From Thalia democratica (Eukaryota), in contig OZ241827.1 of assembly GCA_965202585.1 (NCBI GenBank), positions 10,726,001 to 10,790,000 of the forward strand: a DNA stretch of 64,000 nucleotides, read 5' to 3'. Positions 23,701-38,700 of this stretch are shown here, in pieces (within the stretch, counting starts at the first letter, position 1; the number at the start of each line of letters is the position of its first letter). The notes beneath the pieces are model-generated. The model worked only from the letters and a program-made list of their open reading frames with translations. It made no database searches and was not told where the DNA came from. A program made the translations under genes and the position numbers.

Positions 23701-26700
23701 CTTAATATAAACACTTACTTCTTGATGTTATCTTAAGTAACTGAGAACTATAATATATGTTTAAATTTCATTAAATCTGATTTAAAACATTAATCTAGAC
23801 TTACTTCTTGAAGTTTAACTTCTTTCAAGAAACGTTAAAAAATCTTTAAAAAATTAGTTTACTATATACTTAACAAATTTTAAATTAAGTTATTTGTTGT
23901 TTAAAGTATCTTACTTATCGTTGAGTGTTGATATTGTATTGTTAATTGCTCTGTTCACGACTAAATGGGCTCTTCTCATAGCGTGGTTCAACGAATCAAT
24001 GGTTACTATCGCTGTAAAAAGTATTAATTATAATTTTACTTTTATGTAGTAATCTTTTTTTTTTTCTTTTTTTTTTTTGCTTTTAATGTAAATGTTTCAA
24101 AGATCAAAGTCAAACATCTAAAAGTATATTAATCTAATTACTTTTATATGTTTACTAACCACTTTGTCTCTTACTTCTGATATTAAATCTGTTTTCTCCA
24201 GTTGTTTCTTCTCTTATCAAATCTCTTTCGCCTTCGTTGAAAAATGCATCCAGTATTACTTCATCATCAGTCATAACTAAAATGTTTATAATATAATGGT
24301 TTTAAAATAAATACAGTTTTAATATCAAAGTTAAAAAATAATTACATAGAGAGTATATAGTTTAAAGTTTTGTTTTAGAGAAATGTTCGAAAGAAGCCTA
24401 TAAAGTAGTTTCAAAACTTGAAGTCAATAATAAACAAAAAAATTAATATATTATAGATTACTAGGTCAGTTTTTATGAGATTAACTTGTACTTAAAGTAT
24501 GTTCTAAATATAGTTGCTAGTTTGATTGACAACTACCTATATGTAAATTCCTAATATGACCAAAACAAATGTAAACCATTATTTAATATTTTTAAAATAA
24601 ATTATTTCTAAAATAAGTCATTTCATTTCAGATTAGACGTAAATTTTTATTGGTTTATTAAAAGTGCCAAATTTAGCTGAGTATTTTAAATAAATTTTTA
24701 TTAATTGACAATTATAACCAAATGCATTCTTTATACTTGAAATAAATTAAGCGTCTTGATTAAATGTCAGCATGATAAGTTACACAGCTGTATAATTTTC
24801 ATGAAGATTAATTTGTTTTGCAAACAATTGTTGCTGTGTTTCGCAATTTGTTAGCAAACTTAGTATTGTTTTTATACTGTCAGTGCAATTTAATGTGAAC
24901 TACAGCTGAGGATTAAAAACTATTTTATTGTTTCAAAAAACATATGTTCTGTTCATTTTAAATCCAAATATTCGCAATCAACTATTTTAAAGCCTTTCCT
25001 GTAGGGTTTGTGGAAGGTTATTTAAAAATTTTTTAACCATATTATTTTCTATTTAAGTAAAAAATATATATACATAAAGAAAAGAAGAGAAACTAAACAA
25101 CCTTTCACATAGCTCACATAGAGGGCTTTAAATTTTCAAGTTCAACATACAATACAATAGTGTAATACAAGCTATTGCTTATAATCTTTAGTTGTTTAAG
25201 TTAGAAATGAATTATCTTTACATAACTTTAGTACACAAATTACACAGGAAAACAAATTACGTTGTGACGTAATTGTAAAATTTTGTATTGGACGAACTAA
25301 AACAGTATGTTTTTACATATATAGTTGTAAATGGATATTTTATTTCAAACTTACAATTTCCTTCCGATGAGCAACCCTCTTCAAGACATCCGGGAGGTAG
25401 AATGTCCGCAAGACTGTCTACAATCTGCTCCGTGGAGCTACGAGTCCTTACTTTTAGTGTCATTGCTGTTAAAAAACAAACAATTTATTTTTATATATTA
25501 ACAAGATATATTTACGAAACTACAGCTAAAACATTAACTGATATCTTCAAGCTTTTTAAACAGCTTATATTTATTTAATGGTTTAATGGTTAGTATTTAA
25601 AACACTCATATAAAATATATCACTTATTATAAATTTACACTTATAATTTATATGTAATTTATACTTACAAGAAGAAATAGCGTCATGTCTACTCCTAACT
25701 CGGCATTCGTACCTTCCCTGATCAGATTGACCAACTTGCCTGATCGTCAGCACACTAGATGGCGGTGATGAGATGCTGAACCTTCCTCCTGTGACGTCAT
25801 ACTATATTAAGCAAGTTTAACAGTTATCAAAATTTTAAAACAAATCTTATTTTTTTAAATAAATCAAAATATGTTAAAAGTGTAAAGTGCATATTTATGT
25901 ATAAAAATGGTTTCTAAACTACTTCAGCTAAAACAGTTAATATCTGTACAGTACTTTTATTTATTAAATTCAATTGGTGTAATCGGTTTTTTTTTTAATG
26001 ATTTAATTTATGATGTATATACCAAGTAAATTACATCTAAAATAATCGTAGAAACACTTTGCATTATATTTTTATAATATTTCCAAATTACGTTTTTTTT
26101 TGGCACAAAGGTAAATGTTTAAAATACTTTTAACTACATATGACGTATTTAAATTTTTAGTGACTTATATTTACACGACTTAATCGTAAATTTTGGTGTA
26201 TAAAAACTCGTTAATCATTAAAATCTTGTTTATAAAATTTAATTGCTTGTTAGATTACTAAACTTGAAATGATTTTTTTTCAAACAAAATTATTAATAAC
26301 AAGTAGATACTTAACTCTCTATGTGTTAAACTTAAAAGTATTATATTTTAAAATACGAAGTTATAATTACAGTGATTGTTTTAACAGAGCATAATTTACA
26401 TAAAAGATATTACCCGTAACTGGATTTTATAGAAACTACTTTTTGATTTTATTGTTAGTTTTTTAACAGTTTTTAAAAAAGAAGTAAAAAAGGATATTGT
26501 TGTACATAAACGAAGTCAAACCTCATTAATTTGTAATATACAACAGATTTTTATAAGCCTAAAAAAATTTTTTGTTCTTAATTTAGAAACGCAAATAACT
26601 ATTATTGTTTTAGTACACGTAATTTTAAGAATACAACTTACCGTTAGTAGGGATGATTCTGACGTCATCCTTGACCCAAACCATGTTTATGACGTCATCA

Positions 26701-29700
26701 TCTGCAGCCCCTCTGACGTCACAAAGAATTCTAACCGTACTGCTCGCGTCGACTTCCTGATCTTCCAGTGATCTATTGAAAATTATTAAAAGTAAATATA
26801 TATCCAAATTAAGAGTTAGATAAACTTTTTGACTATTAGATTTAATTATCTTAGCACTTCTTGCAAACAGCGTTTCAATTTTTTTTTCACAAACGCGTAC
26901 GTTGAATTAGTAAGTTATAATTTAAATTTTTATATTAGCAAGTCATCTTTAAAATTCGACCAAATCTAAATTTTGACTGGCTTATAAGTTATTTTATTGA
27001 TCATATCATGAAATTTATGTGCTTAAAGTACAGGTATGTTATTACCATGAAAAACATATAGCAAAATTGATATCAATCAACTAATCGCCCATAAAAAGTG
27101 TTTATGTTTGTAAATTACAAAGCATATTCTGTGCATGTATCTACAATATTAAAATAAAATACCTTTACGATAAACTATATAATTAAATCTGAAATTTTTT
27201 TAAATACTTATAAGTTTACTATAAGTAATTTAATTAATACTTTATACATCAATAAAACCTTAGCAAGTTGATAATATTCCATCGCATTTAAAAATCTTTG
27301 TTGTATGAATATAAAAACAAGCGAACAAATAAAACATTGTTAACTAAGTAAAATGATAAAATACTTTATATGTCAATAAAGCTACTTAAAATTTGAGTTC
27401 ACTTAAACTTGTAAAATTTTATTCAATTTGTTAGTACCGAAAGCTATATTTAAACATAAATTTAAAATATTAACAGTATTTTTGTAGTAAAAAAGTAAAC
27501 TGCTAAAAACTCTTTGGGTCATTGAAAGTACCATAAAAAGTTTTTTAAATTTACGATAGAGTTTTGCAGTTTTTATAAATAAAATAAAACTAAATTCTTA
27601 CAAGTATTACTAAATCTAAAGGTTATCATGGTGTTTATAATTATGATAAAAACTATGATTTTCTTTTTAACTCAAATATTTTCTTAACTTTTAGTACTTG
27701 AAAATAATACTCAAATTTTTATCTTTAAAATATTTCACATTTTTACGGTGATCTTTTTTGAAATCACTACTGAACTTATGAGTCAATTAAGTTCATTTAG
27801 AACAGGGATCGGCAAACTGCGGCCCGCGGGCCAAATGCGGCCCGCAAAGGGTAAATCTGTGGCCCGCGAGCACGTTAATTTTTTGAACGGAATGCGGCCC
27901 GCGAAAGAAAATTTTCTGGCCCGCGAGCATGAAAATGTGGCCCGCTGAGCAAAAATTTATTTTAACTTTTTTAATAATATTTTTTATTTAATATATAAAT
28001 TTGTTTAATTGATTTAGTAATAAGTCCCTGTATAACATTATAATATAATTAAAAGACTTTACTGATTTAGCTTAAAAATGTGAAAAAGACAGGTTAGCAT
28101 TGCACAAGGTTATTTTTCTCAATTTCATAATGATTTTATTTTTACAACAGCAAATTAATTTCTGTAGAAAGAATGTAAAAAGTGCTTTGAATTAGTAAGA
28201 TAGTTATATAATACCTTTTTAGTAAATAAACTAAATGCAAATATTTTCGTTTTGTACAAAAGTAATGCACAGTAATTAACTAAAACCTCATTTCTTTACA
28301 AATTAAGTATTTAGTTTATAATGTAATTTATACCTTTGTTTCTCTCATAGATGTTTTATAACTATATGTTATATTTAAATGTGCACGAACACATTAAAAA
28401 TTACATAATAATAAAAACTTAGGTTTGTTATACTTTGGTTTCGACACATTTTGATTTTTTATAAGTTTTCTGTGTACATTAAATTAGTTTCTATGCACAC
28501 AAATGAACTCAGATACTCATTTTTGAACCACTTTTTTATTTAGTACTAAGTTAGAATGAGTTAAGTTTAAAAACAATGTATTATTAGTATTATTATTTCC
28601 ATAAGTGTGTATAGACATGCTTAAAATGATATATATATAACAAAAACTAAAGTAGTTTTTGTTAGGTATATATTTTCAATTTTCTAACAATATTTTTTGG
28701 CAAATTTTTGTTTCTTTTGCCATTTTTTCGCTTTTTTTAATAAGCTATGGTACTCCATAATTTACAAAATAAGAAAAAAATTCAATCAAGCTATTGCATG
28801 TATTAAACTTTGGTTGTAAATGTGCGCTACACTTTAAGAAAATAAATTTTTGTGGAAGTTTTATAGGATCTGAATTTTATTTAATAGTTGATGGTCAGAA
28901 AGTCAGTTTGAAAATTCGTCTGATAAGTTAATAATTGCATTGAAAATGTCAACATCTGTTGTTAGTTTGATGCTTTTAAAGGTTGTGGAATTTTGTATAG
29001 TTTTTTTTCTTTTATCTGAAACTCCTATAGTCTAACTTTGTTACTCCTAGTTTTTTTTTCTGGTAAAACCAAGTTAGGTTTTTAAGTTGCGATGTACAAA
29101 ATACCAGAAATGCTAAAAATAGTATCAAGTTTTTATCTTTATAAGCAGTATTATTCATATGCTTACTTTTAAGAAAAGATAAAATTTCATTTCTAAACTC
29201 ATAGACTAATTATAACATCAAACGAAATCTTAACCAAAGAACAAGCAAAAAGTAAACAGGTCAACGTATTGACTTTTCGTTTTTCTACTATTTTTTGAAA
29301 CTGTCGGTGGTAAAGTTTGTTTGACAAAATTGTGTTCACTACTTAAGTTATTAATTTCATAACTTCTTATGCTTGTTATCTTCGCTCATAATGCTTCCTG
29401 GTTTATTACTAAATGAAGTAATGATAAACAACATAAGTTCAAGATCTGGTTTTAAACAAAATCATATTACCATTATGTATCTAGCAATAATTGCAGTAGT
29501 AACATTGTTTACAAAAACTTAAAATCAACACCCATTATACTGGTGCACTGCACCTTTGCTATTAAACTAACTTTATCTATTTTTGTGCTTTGCATTGGAA
29601 TTAAACCTAGAAATTCTTCTAAAATTTCAAAGCTAGTTTAAACACCTCTTATAAAACTTCTCTAATGAGCAGGATCTGTTGTATCAGTGGTCTTATCTTA

Positions 29701-32700
29701 ACAAATTGATTAAATTCTTAATTTGATTATTATTACTTTATAATCTTCAGAAATCTTCTAAACAAGATTTTTTTTTGTTATTGAACAAATAAACAAAAGT
29801 GTTTTACTATCGCCAAAACATTTTCTTTAAAAAAGTTTTCAATTCTTAACGGTATCTTCTTTTTAGTAATCACTTTTGCTACTTTATAACTTGCCTTAAC
29901 ATTTTTTTCTACTAATTCTGTAACTACAAGAAGATAATCATGTGCTTTGTTGAAACTGACTTAGGTAGTTTGTTTTTTTTATTTCGTTTCTCGCAATAAC
30001 TCCTAACTAACGTTTTTTTAATTCTTATTGCTCGTTTTATATTTCACATTTACTCTTTTAAAACCCAATACTTTATTGCAGATAACAAATTGCAGTAATG
30101 CTCAATAATAAAATAGTTTTTCTACTTCTTTAATGGCTTAATGAATTGTATACTTTAGTTAAAACAATTTAAGAAAGTTAATTGTCTATTCAAGCTGACT
30201 TATAATATACTTTTTTTAATATATTCGATGAATAGTTGGTAAAAATTTTTATCTCTTTATTTTGTAAACTTTATTCTAAACAGGGCTTCCAAACAAACAG
30301 GCTAGTTTAAAAATTTGAAAAACTCATACTAGGTTAAAACTGTTTAAGACATCTTTAAAACTCGGGTGTGTGTCAAATTTTTATATTTGAATAAATTTTT
30401 GAATTCTCATAACAGTTTTTATGATTATAGTGTAGTTTATTGATTATTATTTTATTCTAGCCTACTTACATATTATGTACTTTGTTTAATGATGATATTT
30501 TAGTTAGGTATTTAAGTTTGATTAGCAGCAAGTTTTTAGCTTTTTCAACTTGTAATAAAATAAGAATGGTTTGATATAACTCAGTCATGTTTGCTTTTTA
30601 AGTGGTGATCATGTAAAAGACTAATTTATTGTCAAAAAGTTATTTTATTAAAGTATTTGAATATCAATTTTGTTAAAATATTTTTAAAGTGTCTTTACCT
30701 TGTAAAAAGTTATAAATATATTTAGTTAACTTATTACTGAATTTTTAAAGAGTAAAAACTATTTAAAACGCAAAAGTCATTTTTAAAGGTTAATGTTTTA
30801 CAAAATATGAAAAAGCGGTTCATTATATAAAAAATGTGTTAAAGTACCGCCCCAAAAATGTTTTTAAAGCTCGGTTTTCATAGAGAAATAGATTGTAAGT
30901 AAAAAGTAAAAGCTTTAAATTAAATTTATATAGTCGTAAAGACAGTACGTAAATTTTTAAGACTTAAGTTTTATTTTAGTCATTGTAAATTTTATTTCGA
31001 TAAGTATGTATAACTTAAATAGACGGTTTATGTGTAGCTAAAAGTCAATTAAAATTTAAACTTAATAAAAGTAAAACTTTCTTTAGTGTGACTAAAACTA
31101 AAACCAAAAGTTTATTTAAAGTTCACTAAAACTAAAACTGTGGCCCGCGAAGATTTTGGAAATTTTCAATTTGGCCCGCGAGCACCAACTGCCTGCCGAC
31201 CCCTGATTTAGAAGAAGCTAAAAAACCGTTGTTTAGCAAACTAAATTTACTTTAAAACAAAATTTCATATTCATTTAAGTTTTTCTGACTACTACTAAGC
31301 TAGAAAGTTTTTATTCGTATTTAAAAATTAAGTAAAAACAAGTAATATATATAAAATATGATAATTTTTTACTAAATTTGCAACTCATAAATCTACCATC
31401 GGTTAACTTCCTTCGCCGGAACAAGCCAAGTTTAACCTATTAACATGTCTATTTAAGTTGATCTGACTACTATTAAGCTAGAAAGTTTTTATTCGTATTT
31501 TTAAACCTAGTAAAGACAAGTAATATATTTAAAATATCTTAATTTTTTACTATATATCAACCTCATAAATCTACCATCGGTTACTTTTTATAAACAAATC
31601 ACTATCTAACAAACCTAGCGAAAGCAAGAGGAGTTCTTTCAACAACCTCCAACACAGCAGTGGTTTCAACAGATCCCACAGAATTGGCTGCCTCGCATTT
31701 GTAATCACCGCTGTCACTGGGGAGCGCTCTTGAGATCCTCAGTGTCCCAGATGGGAGAAGGGAGAATCTCCTCTCGTCGGGTATCGCACGGCCTATTAGT
31801 TACTTTTTTTAAATATTTTGCTTTAATTTATACATATTTTTAAAATAAGGTATGCTTTGAAAAGTAATTTAAAACTTTTCATAAATCTTCCACATACCAA
31901 GTTATATAGTTGCTATACTCGACTCACTCATCATTTTGGGTAGCTGTGAAGTTTTAAAATTTGCACGAGCATACAAAATTTCACAAAGACATGGGTTGAT
32001 TTTTTTTTTAGTATTTTTAATTCTTTTTTTTTTTTGATTATTTTATTTACTTTCACTGTTACCCCAAACCCTCGGTCGGTAGCTTTTTTTTCTCTTTGTT
32101 TTTTTATCTCTTTATTTATTAATTTTTCTGTTTTAATTCTTACTCTCGTGCAAAATTGACCCTTGGTGCAACTTTGTCTTCGTGCAATTTTGACCCGTTT
32201 CCAATTATCTTATATTGCAAAAAATGCTTTAGCATAAATTTTTATTTTCAAATACTATTTTTTGAATTAACTTTTCACCAATCACTGGTTTCACTATAAA
32301 AAACATCTAATTTTTGCTGTTTTTATCGTTAAATATTTTTTTACTGTTTTCAATAATGATAATTTGAATTAAACAGTATATAGTTTGATTTAGTAGTTAA
32401 TGTAGTTAAGTTAGTGTAATATAAAACTACTTCTTACCATTAATAGTCCACACAATATGGGGTTGGGGTCTCCCAGTGACCTGACAGTTGAAATCCACCG
32501 AGGACTCCTGAAAAACTCTCCTGTTTTGCGGCCTCAGTGTGAATGTGGGTGGTACTGTTGAATAAAAACGGTTTTAAAATTCTTTTTAAAGGTTCAAATA
32601 TCAAAAGACATATAGTGTGCTTTGATTAACTATTTTATAGTTGACTTTAATAAAAATGCTAAAACTGCATTAAAACAAAAATCGACAGCACTGTTTTAAA

Positions 32701-35700
32701 AAAAGTTATAAACAAAAAAACAGTTAAATGATAAATACCGAGTTATAAAAAAGTTTATAAAACGTGTTAAGTTTGTTTATGTTAATTCTAAAAACATTAT
32801 GAAAATTTGAACATTTTTTGTTGCTGTTTAGTGTATACTTATTTTATTGTAGTATTAACTTACATAAGTTATCAATGAACTTTAACTATCTTTTTAACCT
32901 GTAATTCTCAGACTAGCTTGCACAGTGGTTTTACCTCCTTCGTTATTTGTAGCTGTACACTGGTAAATACCCTCATCTGTAACTCGCACTTGCCTTATTA
33001 GCAGGGATCCTGTTGTTGTGTAGCTATTTTAAAAGATAAATTAAGAAGAGATTTTTTTCGTATAAGGTTTCCTGATTTTAGAAAGTAGGCTGTGGTTTAT
33101 TAAAACTCTAAAAGTTTTAACAAAAATTCCTGAGAATTTAAGTGCCAAGAAACTTGTAAAGTCGTGTTTTTAATGATAGATATTCTTTGTTAAACAAATA
33201 TTCTAGTTTTTTTGTTCTATTTTAGTACATATTTACAAAGCTTTTGGCGAGGTATTGTGATGACAATTTTTAATTAAGCTGTCAAAAACGTCCATCGTTC
33301 AATATGTATTTTTGCCATACATTAAAAAAAATGCGCGCTAAACACCGAATAAACATTTCAATTGATCTTTCTGGTCGCTTTTTAATTAAACCATCAAGCT
33401 GGTATGTGTGAAAGCGTTTAATTTGAGATGTCTGTGTGGTGTCAGAACCCCACTTTGAACTTCAGACCACAGCTTTGTACTTAATACTTCGCCGGCCACT
33501 ACAAAGCGGTACCCCATGTTTACTGAAAACTCTTATCTGCTGTTTGCCCAATATGTGAGCTTTTATTTATATTGTGTGAAGTTTAATTGACGTGCGAATT
33601 TGTTGTTTGCTATCATTTTTTATTAAAAGGTTTGCAAAAGGTATTTTATTGACTTTTTACTAATTTTTATCTATGAAGTTTGTGTACTTGCTTTTCTAGT
33701 TATTTTTTTAATTAACTTTTAACAATAAAACTATTTTGCTTGTGTTTCGTTTCAAACAACTTTTAGTATTTTTAAACTGTTTAAAATATATCATGATTTT
33801 TTAGTGCTGTGTTATAAAACATGAAGTTCTACTATTTATTTAAAGTAAAACTAAGTATCACCTAGTAACACAGTTTGTAATAAATTTAAAGCTAATTTTT
33901 TAAATGTTGCCAGAAAAATTGATAAATTGCACCTTAAAATTGTATCATTAATAGCTTTTTAAAATTTTCCAAATTAAAGTTTTCTAACAAACCCCGGATA
34001 TAATAAAACCCATTGTTAAATATTTGACAATTTTTTATGGCTAGACGTAAAAACTCTATAAATAAAGCTAATATTCATACGCTATTACACTAGTGAAACC
34101 GGAAAAAGAATATTCTATTTCTAAATTACTGCAATTACTCTGTATAGATTTAAGTGACATTTGTAAATTGTTACTTTCATGAAACTTTGACAGATTGTTT
34201 ATTAAAATTTAAATTTTGTACCATCCTAAATTAAGCAAAATCAACTCCGACAGAAAAAATTTAAGTAAAAGTTTATGTAAATTGATAGTGTTATTCTAAT
34301 TTAAATATCTTTAGCATATGTTTCTCTTCTTATTGATTTATAATGGAATTATATTTATACTCCCTTACCCGTTTATAAAAAATGAAAGTAAATTAGCGTT
34401 TAATCAAACAAACCATTAGAAAGTAGAAAATGCATCTGAAACTAAATGACAGTAAATTATCAAAAATTTATCAAAGAGTTTTATATTATTATCTAACTTT
34501 TAAAGTTATAATTTCTTGCAAAACAATAGGGTTTTTGTAAAACTGGTATGTAGCAGTATGCTTACAGATGCTTTGCAATTAAATTCTTCAACTCTTCTTT
34601 TAAATAAAACTTCATACAAAAATTCCAACGATTCTTCGTTGTTAAGACTCATTTTAAATTTTTAGTTTGAAATTTTATATAAAATATTTAAGCTAATGGA
34701 CAATCTCCTCTGCGAACATTCGATTTTCTCATAAAATCAATAAATTAAATTTAAAGTTAAGATTAAGTTAAAAGTTTAATACAAAGAACCGAAACAAATC
34801 GTCTTTTATTGAATTACAACATAAAAAAAATCCAAATAATAAATTACCTGAACTGATAATCAGTCTCCGCTGCGAAGACTCGACCTCCTCTTCCCCAAAC
34901 TTCCACGTGATCCTTGGTTGGGGATTACCCGATGCCCGGCACTCCATGGTTACCGAGGAGCCCTCCTGAATCACTTGGTTGCCAGGCGCCGTTGTTATGC
35001 GCGGTGGGTCTGAAAATATAAAACTTTTCAGTTGTTTTTTATATAGTTTTAGTTTAAAATCAGACTTTTTGAAAATTTCCATAAACTAAATAAAATTTAG
35101 ATAGATGTTTAAAAAAAAAAAATCATGTAATGTTATAAAAACTGTTTTAAAGTTTTTTTTAATAAAAACCTATAGTCAAAAATTAGGCTTGTAAAATTAT
35201 AACTTATTTTTTCTATAAAAAAATAAATTTGGAGCTAATTATCACTTCTTTATTTTTTGCCAAGAAAGAATTATTCAGTATTGATAAAAAACATGGTTAT
35301 TATATGCTTACTTCTAACGGTAACAACGGCAGAGGCTTCCACGCTTCCAAGTGAATTTGCTGCCATGCAAGTGTAAGTTCCATTATCAAGAAGAGAAATA
35401 CTCCTGAAGTGAAGGTTTCCAGCTGAAATATTTTATAATGAATATTAAATTAATTTGTTACTTTAGTTTGAAAAAAAATTATGAATAGTGGTAACAAAAT
35501 ACTATAAACCTTTTAAGTTTATGATTTGTCAACTGGAATAAAAATAATCAATTAAAAAAAAAAAAAGTTTAACCAGTGTTTTTAAAACACCATGGTTTAC
35601 AAGTGTTATTTATTTTTATGCAAGTTAATATTTGTAAGCCGTTAAGAAACTTCGCAATTAAATCACTATTCTCATCATAAAAAATTATAAGATAACAAAA

Positions 35701-38700
35701 ATATTTTTGCTCAGAATTTACCTTATAACTTTAAAACATTTAAGCTTGTTTAAAAAGTTTACCTTTCATGTTTGCAGCTAGTATTTAGAGCAAAAAGTAT
35801 TTCAAAATGTTATCCATTAGCACTTAAAATAGCTATAGCATTGAATATTAAGTCGGGAAGGCTTAGAATTCTCCAATTATTTTTTTCAATTTTGTAATGT
35901 CACATTTTTACGAAATTAAAATAAAGTAGCAGTCAAAAACGCATCATTAGTTTTATTTTTCTTGGAAATCTTTCTGAGTAATAAGTCATTCCTTTTCAAG
36001 CAATACAAAAACTATGTTGACCCCTGAAGGCTTACAAAAACAAAATAGTTTAACAAACAAACAGATTAGTCAGGTGGCAAGCATTTTCACACAAAAACAA
36101 TGGAGGCACTTGTGATAAGAACCAGAATTTAATCCCGTCACTTAGACAGCTGCAAGTTAAGCAGGTTTACAAGCGAGTAAGTGCAAAAAAATCAGGGATA
36201 ATTTGCGCCGAAATTCGGCTAAATGAGGCGTAATTCGGCTGAAACGATATCTGCAACTTCCACCTATTAAATAACCATCTCGCCCACTTACGGTAGCGAA
36301 TTCATCACTTATCAGGGCCGAATTGAATTACTGCCGCTTAATCCCCGCTACAAATAATTTTCTGGCACCAATCTATATTGGTTCAATACGCTTGTTTATG
36401 TTTCCTCTTTTAAAAACAACAAAAATACTTAAACCAGCCAATAATTAAACAGTTTTAAGGCGCTAAAAGGTGAATTTTGTTCAAAAGTTTTGTTTGCTTA
36501 AAATCTTAAAATTTGAACTTCAACTTTTTAATGGCTAGTAATTTAATTAAGGTTGTTTATTTTTGCTAAAAGCAACCCTAAGTTGCATTGCCCCTAAAAG
36601 AAAAACAAATTAAGTTACGAAAATAAAAGCTTAAATTGTAATAAGATAAATTTAGTAATTTTTATGTTTTACTAGTTTTAAGTCCTACGGTAGGTAGCGA
36701 AAACTAAATTGGTATCTATAAATTAAATTACCAAAATTTATAACAAATTTGGACCCAATAATAAAAAGGTTAAACTGTTAGAGAAGTTTTATTTACGGTT
36801 AACATCTAGATTAAAATTTTTTGTGCAAGTATTTAGACATTTGGTATGTTGCTTAGTAATTTGATTAAGTTTACTATTTCCGCAAATTTTGATTATTAAT
36901 TTTAAATACAACACAAATAAGTACCTGTTATATTAGTAGCTGTTAGTTTTTTAGCAAACACAATATTGACCGATCGGTAACTTTTTTGAGTTCTAGCAAT
37001 TTACAGAGGCTTTCTCTATATATTTAAAATTTGTGTATTACGTTTTACCAATTGTTAAATACATTAGCTAATAAAAAAGTATATGGACTAAATAAAGTCT
37101 TTATTTTTCTACTTTAGTTTCTTACCCCAGAGTACAAAAAACATTTTAAATAAACAAAAGTAAAGTTTGTATTTTGATATAAATCGATTTAGACTAACTA
37201 AATGTTGAACAAGTTTTGTAAGTCATTTGCAAAGGTTAAATATTTTAAGAGTTTTGTTTGTGTAAAGTTTGAAGTGTGAACCTTAATACAAGTTTGATGA
37301 GCCAATTAAGTTTGTTTGACTTAAACAGACTCAATCTTAGTTAAGATCTTAAGATACAGATAATTGAAATCTTTTAAAAGCATAAAGAATTTGTTTGTTT
37401 TATAAAAAACAACCATAAGATTGTTATTTGTGTAAAGCCTTTAAAAATTTGATATGACAGTTAAGTTCGTTTGATTTTAAAAGAACAATCTCGAAAAACA
37501 GCTATTTAAAGCCCGTATTAAGCCTTAAATAAGGGCAAGGTCTTTTATAAACAAACTCCGTAAAAAAAGTTTGTTTGTCCAAAGTTTTAGTAATGAACTT
37601 CACCTCGTAGAGTCTTATAAGTCAATTAGGTTCACATATTTGTAAGATTCGGTCTCGAAAAACAACAGATTTAAAGTTTTTAAATATTTGAACACTTGTT
37701 CAAATCTCTTAAAAGGTGAGACGCTGTTTGTATAACAAAGTGATGATTTAAATCCTTCAGATGGTATTGAACTTTACAATAAGCCAATTAAGTTCAAATT
37801 AATCGCGAGATTCAGTTTCAAAATAACACTGGAGCCGTTGATAGGTTAAATACTTGAACAAATCCTTTAAAAGGTTAGCTCTTTGAAAAATCCTGTTCGT
37901 GTTGACTTTAGTGATTTCAATCTCTCAACTGAAATTGAACTTTGCAATTAAAGTTTGATAAGCCAATCAAGTTTAAATATTTTGTGAGATTCAAAGTGCA
38001 AACACGTTTGTTTGCTCTTGCTAAAGATCGAAGTGCGAAGACTTTTGCAAACTGTGAAGACGATTTTAATTTAAAACAAATATTAACTCAGCTGCAATGT
38101 GAATGTGCGAATTTATCATACAACAAAAGGATTGCGTATCTGACGTTTAACTTTTGTGTTACGAAAAAAATCAAGAAAATTTGTTTGCATACATTGATGG
38201 TCGAAGAATATGTTTAAAAACAAATTATTGTAATTTTGTATATGTTATACATAAAATCTTAATTTTTCTACCATTAATAATTGGTAAAAACTTTGTGGGT
38301 CGCAGACAAAATCATGTACAGTAGACTACCGCTTAAGTACGCAAATTGAACCCGACCAAAAAGTTCATACTTAGCACGGGTAGTGCGTACTTTTTGGCGA
38401 CATAGTATAATATGAAATTTAGTTATTTTTCTTCTTTCTTACAACTAGCCACCATATACTTAAACCAAATAAACAAGTCTTTTTATTTTAAATAAAATTT
38501 AACACATAATTCTAATCTGCAAAATTTTTTAATAGATTTTGAAATGATTTATTTTTTCTATAAAAGTTTCTACATAATTAATACATACATTTAATATAGA
38601 AAGTCAATGTCAGTCAACGATATAAAAAGAATATTAAGCCATATTTTTCATATTTTGTTTTGTTAGAGGGAAAGTACCAAACTACATTCTGTTTACCAAA

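Noticed and set aside
27748-27948. 66-aa ORF with MRPA repeats
   Set aside because: Translation of the hAT terminal GGCCCGC repeats; not a protein.
33010-33030. Upstream acceptor AAATAG for exon 14
   Set aside because: Adds 14 nt and leads to an immediate stop; the CAACAG acceptor keeps the frame.
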